DNA from: Malacoraja senta
Taxonomy: Eukaryota
NCBI GenBank assembly: GCA_038087875.1
Contig: JAXLNO010000259.1
Location: forward strand, 1-64,000
Direction of reading: 5' to 3'
Length of the DNA: 64,000 nt
Below are positions 24,501 to 37,015 of this stretch, piece after piece (the first letter of the stretch is position 1; each line of letters starts with the position of its first letter). The notes beneath the pieces are model-generated. The model worked only from the letters and a program-made list of their open reading frames with translations. It ran no database searches and was not told the origin of the DNA. A program made the translations under genes and the position numbers.

Positions 24501-26863
24501 CATATAACCATATAACCATATAACCATATAACCATATAACCATAACAGCACGGAAACAGGCCATCTCGGCCCTTCAAGTCCGTGCCGAACATTTAAAAAA
24601 ATTTTTTTTTTTTTAATTAAAAATAAATACTTCCCCCCTAGTCCCATCTACCTGCACTCAGACCATAACCCTCCATTCCTTTCCCGTCCATATACCCATC
24701 CAATCTCTTTTAAAAGGATAACATCGAACCTGCCTCCACCACTTCCACTGGAAGCTCATTCCACACAGCTACCACTCTCTGAGTAAAGAAGTTCCCCCTA
24801 ATGTTCCCCCTAAACTTCTGTCCCTTAATTCTCAAGTCATGTCCCCTTGTTTGAATCTTCCCTACTCTCAATGGGAAAAAGCTTATCCACGTCCACTCTG
24901 TCTAACCCGCTCATAATTTTAAAGACCTCTGTCAAGTCCCCTCTTAACCTTCTGCGCTCCAAAGAATAAAGACCTAACTTGTTCAACCTTTCTCTGTAAC
25001 TTAGTTGCTGAAACCCAGGCAACATTCTAGTAAATCTCCTCTGTACTCTCTCTATTTTGTTGACATCCTTCCTATAATTAGGCGACCAAAATTGTACTCC
25101 ATACTCCAGAATTGGCCTCACGAATGCCTTGTACAATTTTAACATTACATCCCAACTTCTATATTCAATGCTCTGATTTATAAAGGCCAGCACACCAAAA
25201 GCTTTCTTTACCACCCTATCTACATGAGATTCCACCTTCAGGGAACCATGCCCAGTTATTCCTAGATCCCTCTGTTCAACTGCATTGCTCAATTCGCTAC
25301 CATTTACCGTGTACGTCCTATTTTGATTTGTCCTGCCGAGATGTAGCACCTCACATTTGTCAGCATTAAACTCCATCTGCCATCTTTCAGCCCACTCTTC
25401 CAAATGGCCTAAATCTCTCTGTAGACTTTGAAAATCTACTTCATTAACCAGAACACCACCTATCTTAGTATCATCTGCATACTTACTAATGCAATTTTCC
25501 ACACCTTCATCCAGATCATTGATGTACATGACAAACAACAGTGGACCCAACACAGACCCCTGAGGCACCCCACTAGTCACCGGCCTCCAACCTGACAAAC
25601 AGCCATCCACCATTACTCTCTGGCATCTCCCATTCAGCCACTGTTGAATCCATCTTGCTACTCCACCATTAATACCCAACAATTGAATCTTCTTAACCAA
25701 CCTTCCATGAGGAACCTTGTCAAAGGCCTTACTGAAGTCCATATAGACAACATCCACTACTTTACCCTCATCAATTTCCCTAGTAACTTCTTCGAAAAAT
25801 TCAAGAAGATTAGTCAAGCATGACCTTCCAGGCACAAATCCATGTTGACTGTTCCTAATCAGACCCTGCTTATCCAGATGCTTATATATATTATCTTTAA
25901 GTATCCTTTCCATTCATTTGCCCACCACTGACGTCAAACTAACAGGTCTATAATTGCTAGGTTTACTCTTCGAACCCTTTTTAAACAACGGAACAACATG
26001 CGCAGTACTCCAATCCTCCGGCACTATTCCCGTTTCTAATGACATTTGAAATATTTCTGTCATAGCCCCTGCTATTTCTACACTAACTTCCCTCAATGTC
26101 CTAGGGAATATCCTGTCAGGACCTGGAGACTTATCCGTTTTCATATTTTTCAAAAGTGTCCGCACCTCCACTTCTTTGAATCTCACAGTTTCCATTGCTA
26201 CTCTGCTCGTTTCCCTTACCTCACATAATTCCATATCCTTCTCCTTCGTGAATACCGAAGAAAAGAAATTGTTCAATATCTCCCCCATCTCTTTTGGCTC
26301 TGCAGATAGCTGTCCACTCTGACTCTCTAATGGTCCGATTTTATTCCTTGTTATCCTTTTGCTATTAATATAGCTGTAGAAACCCTTTGGATTTACTTTC
26401 ACCTTACTTGCCAAAGCAACCTCATATCTTCTTTTAGCTTTTCTAATTTCTTTCTTAATGTTCTTTTTACATTCTTTATACTCCTCAAGCACCTCATTTA
26501 CTCCATGCTGCCTATAATTATTGTAGATCTCTCCCTTTTTCCGAACCAAGTGTCCAATTTCTCTTGAAAACCATGGCTCTTTCCATTTTTTACTATTTCC
26601 TTTCAAGCGAACAGGGACATAAAGATTCTGTACTCTTAAAATTTCACCCTTAAATGTCCTCCATTTTTCTTCTACATCCTTCCCATAAAACAACATGTCA
26701 CAATTCACTCCTTTTAAATCCTTTCGCATCTCCTCAAAGTTAGCCTTTCTCCAAACAAAAATCTCAACCCTAGGTCCAGTTCTGACCCTCTCCATAATTA
26801 TATTGAAACTAATGGTATTGTCATCACTGGACCTGAAGTGCTCCCCGACGCATATCTCCGCCA
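24501..26863 (-). mobile_element. CR1 LINE, second subfamily, 5'-truncated, relatively intact
   Basis: (TTATATGG)n tail at 24501-24546; adjacent long ORFs 25914-26912 and 24837-25913 with GVPQGSVLGP and KYADD. Confidence 0.93.
24837..25913 (-). CDS. CR1 ORF2 reverse transcriptase domain (358-aa open fragment)
   Basis: QHGFVPGRSCLTNL, DFSKAFDKVPH, GVPQGSVLGP, YADD. Confidence 0.85.
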   Translation of the reverse strand: MERILKDNIYKHLDKQGLIRNSQHGFVPGRSCLTNLLEFFEEVTREIDEGKVVDVVYMDFSKAFDKVPHGRLVKKIQLLGINGGVARWIQQWLNGRCQRVMVDGCLSGWRPVTSGVPQGSVLGPLLFVMYINDLDEGVENCISKYADDTKIGGVLVNEVDFQSLQRDLGHLEEWAERWQMEFNADKCEVLHLGRTNQNRTYTVNGSELSNAVEQRDLGITGHGSLKVESHVDRVVKKAFGVLAFINQSIEYRSWDVMLKLYKAFVRPILEYGVQFWSPNYRKDVNKIERVQRRFTRMLPGFQQLSYRERLNKLGLYSLERRRLRGDLTEVFKIMSGLDRVDVDKLFPIESREDSNKGT

Positions 26864-26869
26864 TCTCGA

Positions 26870-27095
26870 CGATGGGTTTCCCCGGGCGCTCCAATGTTCC
26901 CCTGCATTCCAAAGACGCTCAGTTTGATAGGTTAATTGGGCACAGTGAATTGTTTCAGCAGGTTGATAAAAAGAAAAATCAGTGACGATATACAGAATAA
27001 AATAAGACAACTGAGGATTAATTTCAATCGAGATTTGTGGGTGGTGTGGACTCGAAGGGGTTTGTCCGCCCAGTATTTGGCTATGATGCAATGAG
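26870..27095 (+). mobile_element. Old V-SINE fragment
   Basis: TGGGTTTCCCCGGGCGCTCC...CATTCCAAAGACG...AGGTTAATTGG resembles the V-domain of the SINE at 411-746. Confidence 0.6.
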
Positions 27096-27314
27096 GATAA
27101 AGGTGACCTTATAAATTATTCTCAATTCCTGAGTGGCATAGATGCGGTGAATAAATGTAACCTTTTCCGCACAGTGTCTAAACACCTGATGCCAGAATAT
27201 AAATTGAGAGGACAGAGATTTTACGGAATTCATAGAAGGATGAGAGGAAACTCATTGCGACTAATCGAATAGTGAAAGGTCTGCATAGATGGATGTGGAG
27301 AGGATGTTTCCATT

Positions 27315-27316
<2 letters not shown>
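27096..27316 (+). mobile_element. Decayed CR1 3' fragments
   Basis: AGAAGGATGAGAGGAAACTCATTG...GGATGTGGAGAGGATGTTTCCATTAG resembles the CR1 ORF2 C-terminus. Confidence 0.65.
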
Positions 27317-27350
<34 letters not shown>

Positions 27351-27747
27351 TTATTTATTAGAAGTACATTACATCACAGCCACATACATTAATACTCGTC
27401 ATTTATATCTTCTTACAATTAATGTACTCCCTTTATTTATTTTTTTTACACTAAAGAAACAAAAGATTGAAAGAGAGAAGAAAGTGAAGGAAAAAGTGCA
27501 AGTGTAGAAAAGTGTAGAAAATGTAACAACAACAAAAAAAGGACGAGGACCCTATGAGAGCGAAATTAAAAACAAAAAGAAAAAGAGTTAAGAAATAGGC
27601 CCTAAGAAAAGAAAAGAGAGAGAGAAAAAAAGAAAAACAAATGTTTTTTTTTTTGAGCATCACGTAAATAGGACATACCAACTCTTCAACTATCATCCCC
27701 CCCTTACCCGACCTCAATTTTTTATTTTTTTAAAGTACTTTTGCACC

Positions 27748-30546
27748 CTATGTTTGTAATAATTCTATAAATGCAGACCACGTCAGGTGGAAGTGATCTG
27801 GTTTACCTGCTAGGAGGAGTCTTATCTCTTCAAGGTGTAGTGTTTCAAACATATTTGAAATCCACATATTTATAGTTGGTATTGGAGCCTTCTTCCAAAA
27901 TTTTAGAATTAGCTTTTTTCCAGTTATTAACCCATAATCCATTAATTTCTTTTGAAACACATTTAGTTCTGGATCATCTTCCGTTATTCCGAAGATAATC
28001 CATTCTGCTTTGGGTATCAGTCTTGTTTTAAATAACTTTGTAAAGATTTCAAAAATGTCATTCCAAAATTTTTGAATTTTTGTACAGAAGACAAATGAGT
28101 GCGCTATAGTTGCTTCTTGGGATTGACATTTATCACAAATAGATGATACGTTTGGGAAAATTTTATGAATTTTAGTTTTCGAATAATATAATCTATGTAA
28201 AATTTTAAATTGTATTAAAGTGTGTCTTACATTAATCGAGCATTTATGTACTTTTAATAAGTATTCATTCCAACTTTCCTTTGAAATTTTAATAGCTAAC
28301 TCTTGTTCCCAGTCTCTTCTGATACCCTCCGTAGATGGTATTTGTACATTTAAGATAATATTGTACAAATATGATATTAAGTTTGCTGATTCCGCTTTTG
28401 TCTGCATTGCCTCGTCCAGTACATCTGCTGGGTTATTATGATGATCTTTTATATATTTTTTCAAATAGTCGCATATTTGAAAGTATTTAAAATATTGATT
28501 ATTTCCGAGTTTATATTTTATTTGTAATTGTTGAAATGAAAGTAATTTTCCAGTTTCATACAAGTCACCAAGCGTTTTAATTCCTAGTCTATCCCATTGT
28601 GTATAAGCTTTATCTATAATAGAAGGACTAAACGAAGGGTTATTGACTATAGGTAATAAAAGTGATAAGTTTCTTAATTTTAAATTTTGTTTTATTTGTT
28701 TCCAAATACGGATTGTACTATGAATAATTGGGTTCTTATTATAGTTTATGTTATTCAATTTCATTGGAGAGAGGAGGATCGCTCCAATGTTTCTAGAGGA
28801 GCAATCCTCTTTCTCCATTACAATCCAGTCTACTTGCTGGGCGGAGTTATCCATCAGTTGAATCATGTTTTTAATATTTACTGACCAATAATAATACATA
28901 AAATTGGGTAGTGCTAGACCCCCCAATACTTTAGATTTATTCAGATGGATTTTTTGTATTCTATGTGATTTATAGTCCCATATAAAATTAGTGATATCTG
29001 AGTCGAGTTTTTTAAAAAACTTCTTAGGTAAGTATATAGGAATTGATTGAAATAGGTATAAAATTTGTGGTAAAAAGATCATTTTTATTGCGTTTATTCG
29101 GCCTATTAAAGACATCGGAAGCGTTTTCCAGAATTTAATTAATGTATTCAGTTTATTAAGTAGGGGGTCAAAATTTGCCCTGAGCATACCTTGATATGCT
29201 CTGGTAATTTCGATTCCCAAATATTTAAATTTTTCTGTAGCTATTTTAAAAGGGAATTTTAAAAGATGTGTTGAATCTTTCGGTTTTATTGACATAATTT
29301 CACTTTTATTCCAATTTATTCTATATCCAGAAAAAGATCCGAAGTCTTCAATTAAATTTAATATATTTGGTATAGTGATTTGAGGTTTTGTAATATACAA
29401 TAATATATCATCCGCGTATAAAGATATTTTATTATATGAGTCTTTAGTATTATATCCATGAATATCAGGGTGTATTCTAATTTTTTCTGCTAGCGGTTCA
29501 ATAATGAGAGCAAACAGCTGTGGTGATAATGAGCATCCTTGTCTATTTCCCCTTGATAGTTGAAATTTCGAGGATAATATGTTATTAGTAAGTATTCTAG
29601 CTGTAGGTTTGTTATATAGTAACTTAATCCATAAAATAAAATTCTCTCCCAGTTGAAATTTTTGTAATACTTTATCCATATAATTCCATTCTACTTGATC
29701 AAATGCTTTTTCAGCATCCAGCGAAATAATTGATAATTCTTGATCTTCAGATTTGTGTGAGTGCATTATGTTGAGTAGACGTCTCATATTATTAGAAGAG
29801 TATCTCTTAGGGATAAACCCTGTCTGATCTGGGTTTATTAATTTACTAATGTATTTACTTAATCTTCTGGCTAATGTTTTCGCTAATATTTTTTGATCTG
29901 TGTTTAACAATGCTATAGCTCTATATGAGCCAGGTTCTTCTAAATCCTTATTTTTCTTAGGTATTAATGTAATCGTTGATTCCGCTAATGTATCAGGTAG
30001 TATTCGTTTTTTAAAAGCGTATTGGTACATTTTTTGTAATCTTGGTATTATTTTATCATAAAAGTTTTTATAAAATTCATTAGTAAATCCATCAGGGCCT
30101 GGTGTTTTTCCATTTTTTAGTGAGTTTATTGTATCTTCTAATTCCTTAATTGAGATTTGTGCACCCAGTTCCTCTTGTTCCTTCAGCTCTAACTTTGGAA
30201 GATTACAGGTATCCAAGAACTTTGTGATATTATTGGAATCAATTATCGTTTTAGATGTATACAAATTCTCGTAAAATTGCGCAAATCTTTTATTAATATC
30301 CTTCGGTGTTGTTAATAATTCCCCTTTATCTGATTTGATCTTTGGTATAGTATGTTCCTTTTCTCGTTTTTTTAGCTGGCGAGCCAAAAGTTTATGCGGT
30401 TTATCCCCAAATTCAAAGTGCTCTTGTTTTGTAATTTGAAAAAGTCTTATAAGTTTGGCAGATAATAATTTATTTAATTTAAATTTTAAAATTATTATTT
30501 TATTATGTTTATCTATTGTTGGATCTTTAGCATTATCTATATCCAT
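27748..30546 (-). CDS. L1-b ORF2p RT and C-terminal part (932-aa open stretch)
   Basis: KTPGPDGF, SLDAEKAFD, RQGCSLSP, LYADD, CDKC...H...C; the upstream EN domain is interrupted. Confidence 0.9.
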   Translation of the reverse strand: MDIDNAKDPTIDKHNKIIILKFKLNKLLSAKLIRLFQITKQEHFEFGDKPHKLLARQLKKREKEHTIPKIKSDKGELLTTPKDINKRFAQFYENLYTSKTIIDSNNITKFLDTCNLPKLELKEQEELGAQISIKELEDTINSLKNGKTPGPDGFTNEFYKNFYDKIIPRLQKMYQYAFKKRILPDTLAESTITLIPKKNKDLEEPGSYRAIALLNTDQKILAKTLARRLSKYISKLINPDQTGFIPKRYSSNNMRRLLNIMHSHKSEDQELSIISLDAEKAFDQVEWNYMDKVLQKFQLGENFILWIKLLYNKPTARILTNNILSSKFQLSRGNRQGCSLSPQLFALIIEPLAEKIRIHPDIHGYNTKDSYNKISLYADDILLYITKPQITIPNILNLIEDFGSFSGYRINWNKSEIMSIKPKDSTHLLKFPFKIATEKFKYLGIEITRAYQGMLRANFDPLLNKLNTLIKFWKTLPMSLIGRINAIKMIFLPQILYLFQSIPIYLPKKFFKKLDSDITNFIWDYKSHRIQKIHLNKSKVLGGLALPNFMYYYWSVNIKNMIQLMDNSAQQVDWIVMEKEDCSSRNIGAILLSPMKLNNINYNKNPIIHSTIRIWKQIKQNLKLRNLSLLLPIVNNPSFSPSIIDKAYTQWDRLGIKTLGDLYETGKLLSFQQLQIKYKLGNNQYFKYFQICDYLKKYIKDHHNNPADVLDEAMQTKAESANLISYLYNIILNVQIPSTEGIRRDWEQELAIKISKESWNEYLLKVHKCSINVRHTLIQFKILHRLYYSKTKIHKIFPNVSSICDKCQSQEATIAHSFVFCTKIQKFWNDIFEIFTKLFKTRLIPKAEWIIFGITEDDPELNVFQKKLMDYGLITGKKLILKFWKKAPIPTINMWISNMFETLHLEEIRLLLAGKPDHFHLTWSAFIELLQT

Positions 30547-31057
30547 TTGTCTAATAAGTTCTTCTAACTGTCATTGTTCATTCTTATTCTTTTTATTTTG
30601 AAAAGCTTGATATGAAATTATAATACCCCTGATGTATGCTTTGAAAGATTCCCATAATACAGTAGGCGATATATCTGGAGTATCATTTATTTGAAAAAAG
30701 ACCTCCATTTGTTCTTTTAAATATATACTCGCTTGTGGATCTTTTAGAATTTGAGAATTAAATCTCCAAAACGATTTATACTTAGACAATCCTTCCAGTT
30801 TTAAAAAGAAAGTTAGTGGAGAATGGTCTGAAATCGAATTTGTGTGGTATATTGCATTAGATGTTTGGGGGATTAATTTTGTATCCAGCAGAAAGTAGTC
30901 TATACGTGAGTATGTCTTATGTACCATTGAATAAAACGAGTATTCCCTGCCAGTTGGATTAACAATTCTCCAAACATCTGCTATATTAGTGTTGTTTATA
31001 TAGGTATTGAGGAGTTCCCCGGTTTTCGATTTCATATTCCCTCTCTGTTTTTGACTT

Positions 31058-34000
31058 ACATTGATACATAGATACATAGAAAATAGGTGCAGGAGTAGGC
31101 CATTCGGCCCTTCGAGCCTGCACCGCCATTCAATATGATCATGGCTGATCATCCAACTCAGTATCCCGTACCTGCCTTCTCTCCATACCCCCTGATCCCT
31201 TTAGCCACAAGGGCCACATCTAACTCCCTCTTAAATATAGCCAATGAACTGGCCTCAACTACCCTCTGTGGCAGAGAGTTCCAGAGATTCACCACTCTCT
31301 GTGTGAAAAAGTTTTTCCTCATCTCGGTCTTAAAGGATTTCCCCCTTATCCTTAAGCTGTGACCCCTTGTCCTGGACTTCCCCAACATCCGGAACAATCT
31401 TCCTGCATCTAGCCTGTGCAACCCCATAAGAATTTTGTACGTTTCTAGAAGATCCCCTCTCAATCTCCTAAATTCTAGCGAGTATAAGCCAAGTCTATCC
31501 AGTCTTTCTTCATATGAAAGTCCTGACATCCCAGGAATCAGTCTCGTGAACCTTCTCTGCACTCCCTCTATGGCTATAATGTCCTTCCTCAGATGTGGAG
31601 ACCAGAACTGTACGCAATACTCCAGGTGTGGTCTCACCAAGGCCCTGTACAACTGCAGTAGAACCTCCCTGCTCCTATACTCAAATCCTCTTGCTATGAA
31701 GGCCAACATACCATTCGCTTTCTTCACTGCCTGCTGCACCTGCATGCCTACTTTCAATGACTGGTGTACCATGACACCCAGGTCTCGCTGCATCTCCCCA
31801 TTTCCTAATCGGCCACCATTTAGATAATAGTCTGCCTTCCCGTTTTTGCCACCAAAGTGGATAACTTCACATTTATCCACATTATACTGCATCTGCCAAA
31901 CATTTGCCCACTCACCCAGCCTATCCAAGTCACCTTGCAGTCTCCTAGCATCCTCCTCACAGCTAACACTGCCCCCCAGCTTAGTGTCATCCGCAAACTT
32001 GGAGATGTTGCTTTCAATTCCCTCGTCCAGATCATTAATATAAATTGTAAATAGCTGGGGTCCCAGCACTGAGCCTTGCGGTACCCCACTAGTCACTGCC
32101 GCCATTGTGAAAAGGACCCGTTTACTCCTTCTCTTTGCTTCCTGTTTACCAGCCAGTTCTCTATCCACATCAATACTGAACCCCCAATACCGTGTGATTT
32201 AAGTTTGTATCCTAATCTCTTATGTGGTACCTTGTCGAAAGCGTTCTGAAAGTCCAGATACAACTCATCCACTGGTTCTCCCCTATCCACTCTACTAGTT
32301 ACATCCTCGAAAAATTCTATAAGATTCGTCAGACACGATTTACCTTTCGTAAATCCATGCTGACTTTGTCCAATGATTTCACCACTTTCCAAATGTGCTG
32401 CTATCCCATCTTTAATAACTGACTCTAGCAGTTTCCCCACTACCAATGTTAGACTAACTGGTCTGTAATTCCCCGTTTACTCTCTCTATCCCTTCTTAAA
32501 AAGTGGGGTTACGTTTGCTACCCTCCAATCCTCATGAACTACTCCATAATCTAAAGAGTTTTGAAAAATTATCACTAATGCATCCACTATTTCTGGAGCT
32601 ACTTCCTTAAGTACTCTGGGATGCAGCCTATCTGGCCCTGAAGATTTATCGGCCTTTAATCCATTCAATTTACCCAACACCACTTCCCGACTAACCTGGA
32701 TTTCACTCAATACCTCCATCTCCTTTGACCCGCGGCCCCCTGCTATTTCCGGCAGATTATTTATGTCTTACTTAGTGAAGACGGAACCAAAGTAGTTATT
32801 CAATTGGTCCGCCATATCAATTCACCTGTTTCTGACTGCAAGGGACCTACATTTGTTTTAACTGATCTCTTTCTCGTCACATATCTATAAAAACTTTTGC
32901 AGTCAGTTTTTATGTTCCCTGCCAGTTTCTTTTCATAATCCATTTTCCCTTTCCTAATTAAGCCCTTTGTCCTCCTCTGCTGGTCTCTGAATTTCTCCCA
33001 GTCCTCTGGTATGCTGGCTAATTTTTCTGGCTAATTTGTACGCATCATCTTTTGCTTTGATACTATCCCTGATTTCCCTTGTTATCCACGGATGCACTAC
33101 CTTCCCTGATTTATTCTTTTGCCAAACTGGGATGAACAATTTTTGTAGTTCATCCATGCGGTCTTTAAATGCCTTACATTGCATATCCACCGTCAACCCT
33201 TTTAGAACTAATTGCCAGTCAATTTTGGCCAATTCACGTCTCATACCCTCAAAGTTACCTTTCTTTAAGTTCAGAACCGTTGTTTCTGTATTAACAATGT
33301 CACTCTCCATCCTAATGAAGAACTCAACCATATTATGTTCACTCTTGCCCAAGGGGGCACGCACAACAAGTCTGCTAACTAACCCTTCCTCATTACTCAA
33401 TACCCGGTCTAGAATAGCCTGCTCTCCCGTTGGTTCCTCTACATGTTGGTTTAGATAACTATCCCTCATACATTCCAAGAAATCCTCTTCCTCAGCACCC
33501 CTGCCAATTTGATTCACCCAATCTATATGTAGATTGAAGTCACCCATTATCACTGTTTTGCCTTTGTTGCACGCATTTCTAATTTCCTGTTTGATGCCAT
33601 CCCCAACTTCACTACTACTGCTAGGTGGCCTGTACACAACACCCACCAGCGTTTTCTGCCCCTTAGTGTTTCGTAGCTCTACCCATACCGATTCCACATC
33701 CTCCAAGCTAATGTCCTTCCTTTCCACTGCGTTAATCTCCTCTCTAACCAACAACGCTACCCCACCTCCTTTTCCTTTCTCTCTATCCCTCCTGAATATT
33801 GAATATCCCTGGATGTTCAGCTCCCAGCCTTGGTCACCCTGGAGCCATGTCTCCGTGATCCCAACTATATCATAATCATTAATTGCTATCTGCACGTTCA
33901 ACTCATCGACCTTATTACGAATGCTCCTTGCATTGAGACACAAAGCCTTCAGGCTTGTTTTTACAACGCTCTTACCCCTTGTACAATTATGTTGAAAAGT

Positions 34001-34387
34001 GGCTCTTTTTGATTTTTGCCCTGGATTTGTCTGCCTGCCACTTTTACTTTTCACCTTGCTACCTATTGCTTCCGCCCGCATTTTACACCCCTCTGTTTCT
34101 CTGCTCACCCATTTAAGAACCCCACCACCTCTTATTCTATGTTTCTTATTGTTTTCTTCTTTCCCCCTACATGTTGGGACTGAGTGCTTTCCTTCTCTGC
34201 ATCCTGCCTCACACACGGTCTAATAGCATTCTCTATTTGAGGCCCTCCCCCCAACCATTCTAGTTTAAAGTCTCCCCAGCAGCCTTTGCGGATCTCCCCG
34301 CCAGGATATCGGTCCCTCTCAGGTTCAAGTGCAACCCATCCTTTTTGTACAGGTCGAAGCTTCCACAAAAGAGGTCCCAATGATCCA
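31058..34387 (-). mobile_element. CR1/HER1-type LINE, 5'-truncated, inserted in the L1-b endonuclease domain
   Basis: TSD GACTT at 31053-31057 and 34388-34392; end of ORF1 (DGLHLN), EN ORF 32954-34216, RT ORF 31158-32168. Confidence 0.95.
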
Positions 34388-35706
34388 GACTTGATTTATC
34401 TAAGTACGGATCTAAAACACAGTTAAAGTCTCCTCCTATTATAACATTTTGATAGTTTGACTGCAATTATGTTGAAAATGTTATTGAAAAAGTGGGAGTT
34501 ATCAAAGTTAGGGGCATATATATTTACCAAAGTAAGTGGAGTGTCATGGATTTCTCCATTAATTATTAGGTATCTCCTATATCTGTTATGATATTCTTTG
34601 CTTTAAATGGTATACATTTTCTTATGATGATTGACGTGCCTCTAGATTTTGAAGTAAATGAAGAATGGTATGTTTGACCTATCCATTTCGCCCTCAACCT
34701 AACTTGATCCTGAGATTTTAGGTGTGTTTCTTGTAGGCAGGTAATGTCGGAGTTGTACAATTTCAGCTGAGCTAATATCTTACCCCTTTTAATAGGTTCG
34801 TTAATACCTCTTATATTCCAACTACAAAATTAGATTCCTCCTAGGTTCTTATGTGTGGTGTCATGCATTTTGAATAATTATAGTACCTTTAAGTCTTGTG
34901 GTGCATCCATATCCCAGGTCTTTGGGTATTGGGGGAGCTTTTGAGTTTTTAAGTTTTGCTGGTATGTCCATTTTACACTTATCACTAAACACAAAACACA
35001 AACAAGTGATTTTATGTGATAAAAAAAACCCTAAAAAAGTGAAAATACAGTGTCTAATATAGTCGGCACTGTAGCGAGTGTCCCACCTGTAGGTGGGAAA
35101 AAAACCTTGTTTTGATTTCCATTGCGTTGTTGCACAAATAGCTCCGCTCTCTTGGTTAATCATAACATATTAAAATATTAAAACGGGGCCTCACATTCAG
35201 ATATATAATACAATTTTACCCTGTATATTTCATTATAACATATATATATATATCGGAATTTTAACTACTAATTATTAAACCGATACATTTGACTTCAATA
35301 AGAATCAACTGTTGGTTGAAGGGGTTAACGAGACGTGCTCCTAGGCCTAAGCCAGGTGCTCGTTTCTCATCCCCTCCTCCCACTTATACATAAGGTTTCA
35401 ATTTATTAAAAATTCATATTGGTATGTTAGTCCGTTATTTTTTATTTTTGTTTTTGTTAGTATTCTAATCTAACATGCATAACTTATTAAGTTGTTAATA
35501 GGATAAGTTCTTACAATTGGTTATAATATTATAATCTAATAAGCAAGTATATGCTTTCTGGTATATACCCTTCCCATCTGTTCAGCTGTTTACTCGTTTT
35601 GAACAGAAAGTGTCCTTGATTCAACATTCCAAAGATAACAATCTAACTATCCCCAGACAAAGCATTGCTTAGAATGGTTCAGTTCTGCCAAACCTCCCTT
35701 TCATTT

Positions 35707-36822
35707 CTATTTTTCAACGATAGTTTGGGCATATTTAAACGCGTCTTCAGGCTTAACAAATGACTTTTCAAGACCCTTAAAGGAAATACGCATTTTCGCG
35801 GGATAAAAAATCCCATATCTGATCCCTTCTCTCCCTCTTAAAAGATCCTTAACCTTCTCGAATTTGTTTCTTTTTTGCACAATTTCATACGGGTAGTCCC
35901 TGAATATCTTAATAGTGTCATTGTCCAGCCGCAGTTGCACACCGTATTTGATTTTGCTCATAATATCTTCCAGTTCTAAAATATCCCGAAATTTCACAAT
36001 AATATGTCGTGGATAAGTTTTTCCCGCACCAGATCTTTGTTTAAATCTTGGGACACGATGAGCCACTTCGATTTTCGGTTCTTTGGAAAGATTCAGCAGT
36101 TGTTCAAACAAGCCCATGGCAAACTCACGTACATCCTCCCCTTCGGCTCCCTCTGAAACTCCAAGAATTCTCAAATTCTGGCGTCTAGAGCGAGCTTCCA
36201 GGTCCAGGCATTTGACTGAGACTTTCTCCAGTTGAGTCACCATCTGTAGTGAAGTTTGTTCATTTTTTCGCCTCATTTGCTCATGTTCTTGCGTCATTTT
36301 CGCCATGTCTTCAACCACTCGAGCCGTGTTTTTTTTCCAATTCCGTAATTGTGCGCATACTTGCAGCTACTGTTTCAAGCACAGCCGTGAACTTGTCCGT
36401 AGTAGTTACATCCATCTTGTCCATTCTCTCTGATAGTCCATCTTTCACCTCATCAATTCGTTTATTCATAATGTCCAGTGAATCAATCATATTCTTCTGA
36501 TTACCAGCATTTAAATCCCTCATCATCTTCTCCATTCCTTCCATCATTTTTGCCATATTTTCCTTCATTTCCTTCTATCTTCCTTAATATTTTCCTTCAT
36601 ATATTCCATCATAATTTTATTTTCGTTCAAAATCTCATCTTTCATATTTTTCACTGATTTCCTCCAGTCATCAAACTCTTTCTTAGATCTTGTATCCATT
36701 TCTGCAGCCACTTCAGAGACTTCAGAGACTTCAGAGGTAACTTCTGCTTCAGGGTTCTTGTGGTCTCTCAGCAGCTTTTTCACTGTTCTCTGAGGGCTCA
36801 GAACTGGAGGCCGGTTACTCAT
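35707..36822 (-). pseudogene. L1-b ORF1p, frameshifted
   Basis: LEARSRRQNLRILGVSEG, IEVAHRV, PRHIIVKF, IKIFRDYP. Confidence 0.9.
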
Positions 36823-37015
36823 TTAAAGGGCTTCAAACCACCGTTTAAAACATCGCGCTTAATGATGACGTCATCAGCGCGACGACCAGAAGCTCCGGTA
36901 AGGTTTTTAAAAACAGTCCCGATTTCTGGACCCGTTTTACACGATAAATCGTGAAATTTTTCGGGAGAGGAGCTAGGTGCACGTCTGTTAGTCCAACATG
37001 GCGCCACCGGAAGTC

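Larger units (their letters stand above)
27317..37015 (-). mobile_element. L1-clade LINE (L1-b), full length, interrupted by a CR1
   Basis: Poly(A) as T30 at 27317-27346; ORF2 34868 to 27748; ORF1 36822 to 35707; 5' end GACTTCCGGTGGCGCCATG. Confidence 0.95.
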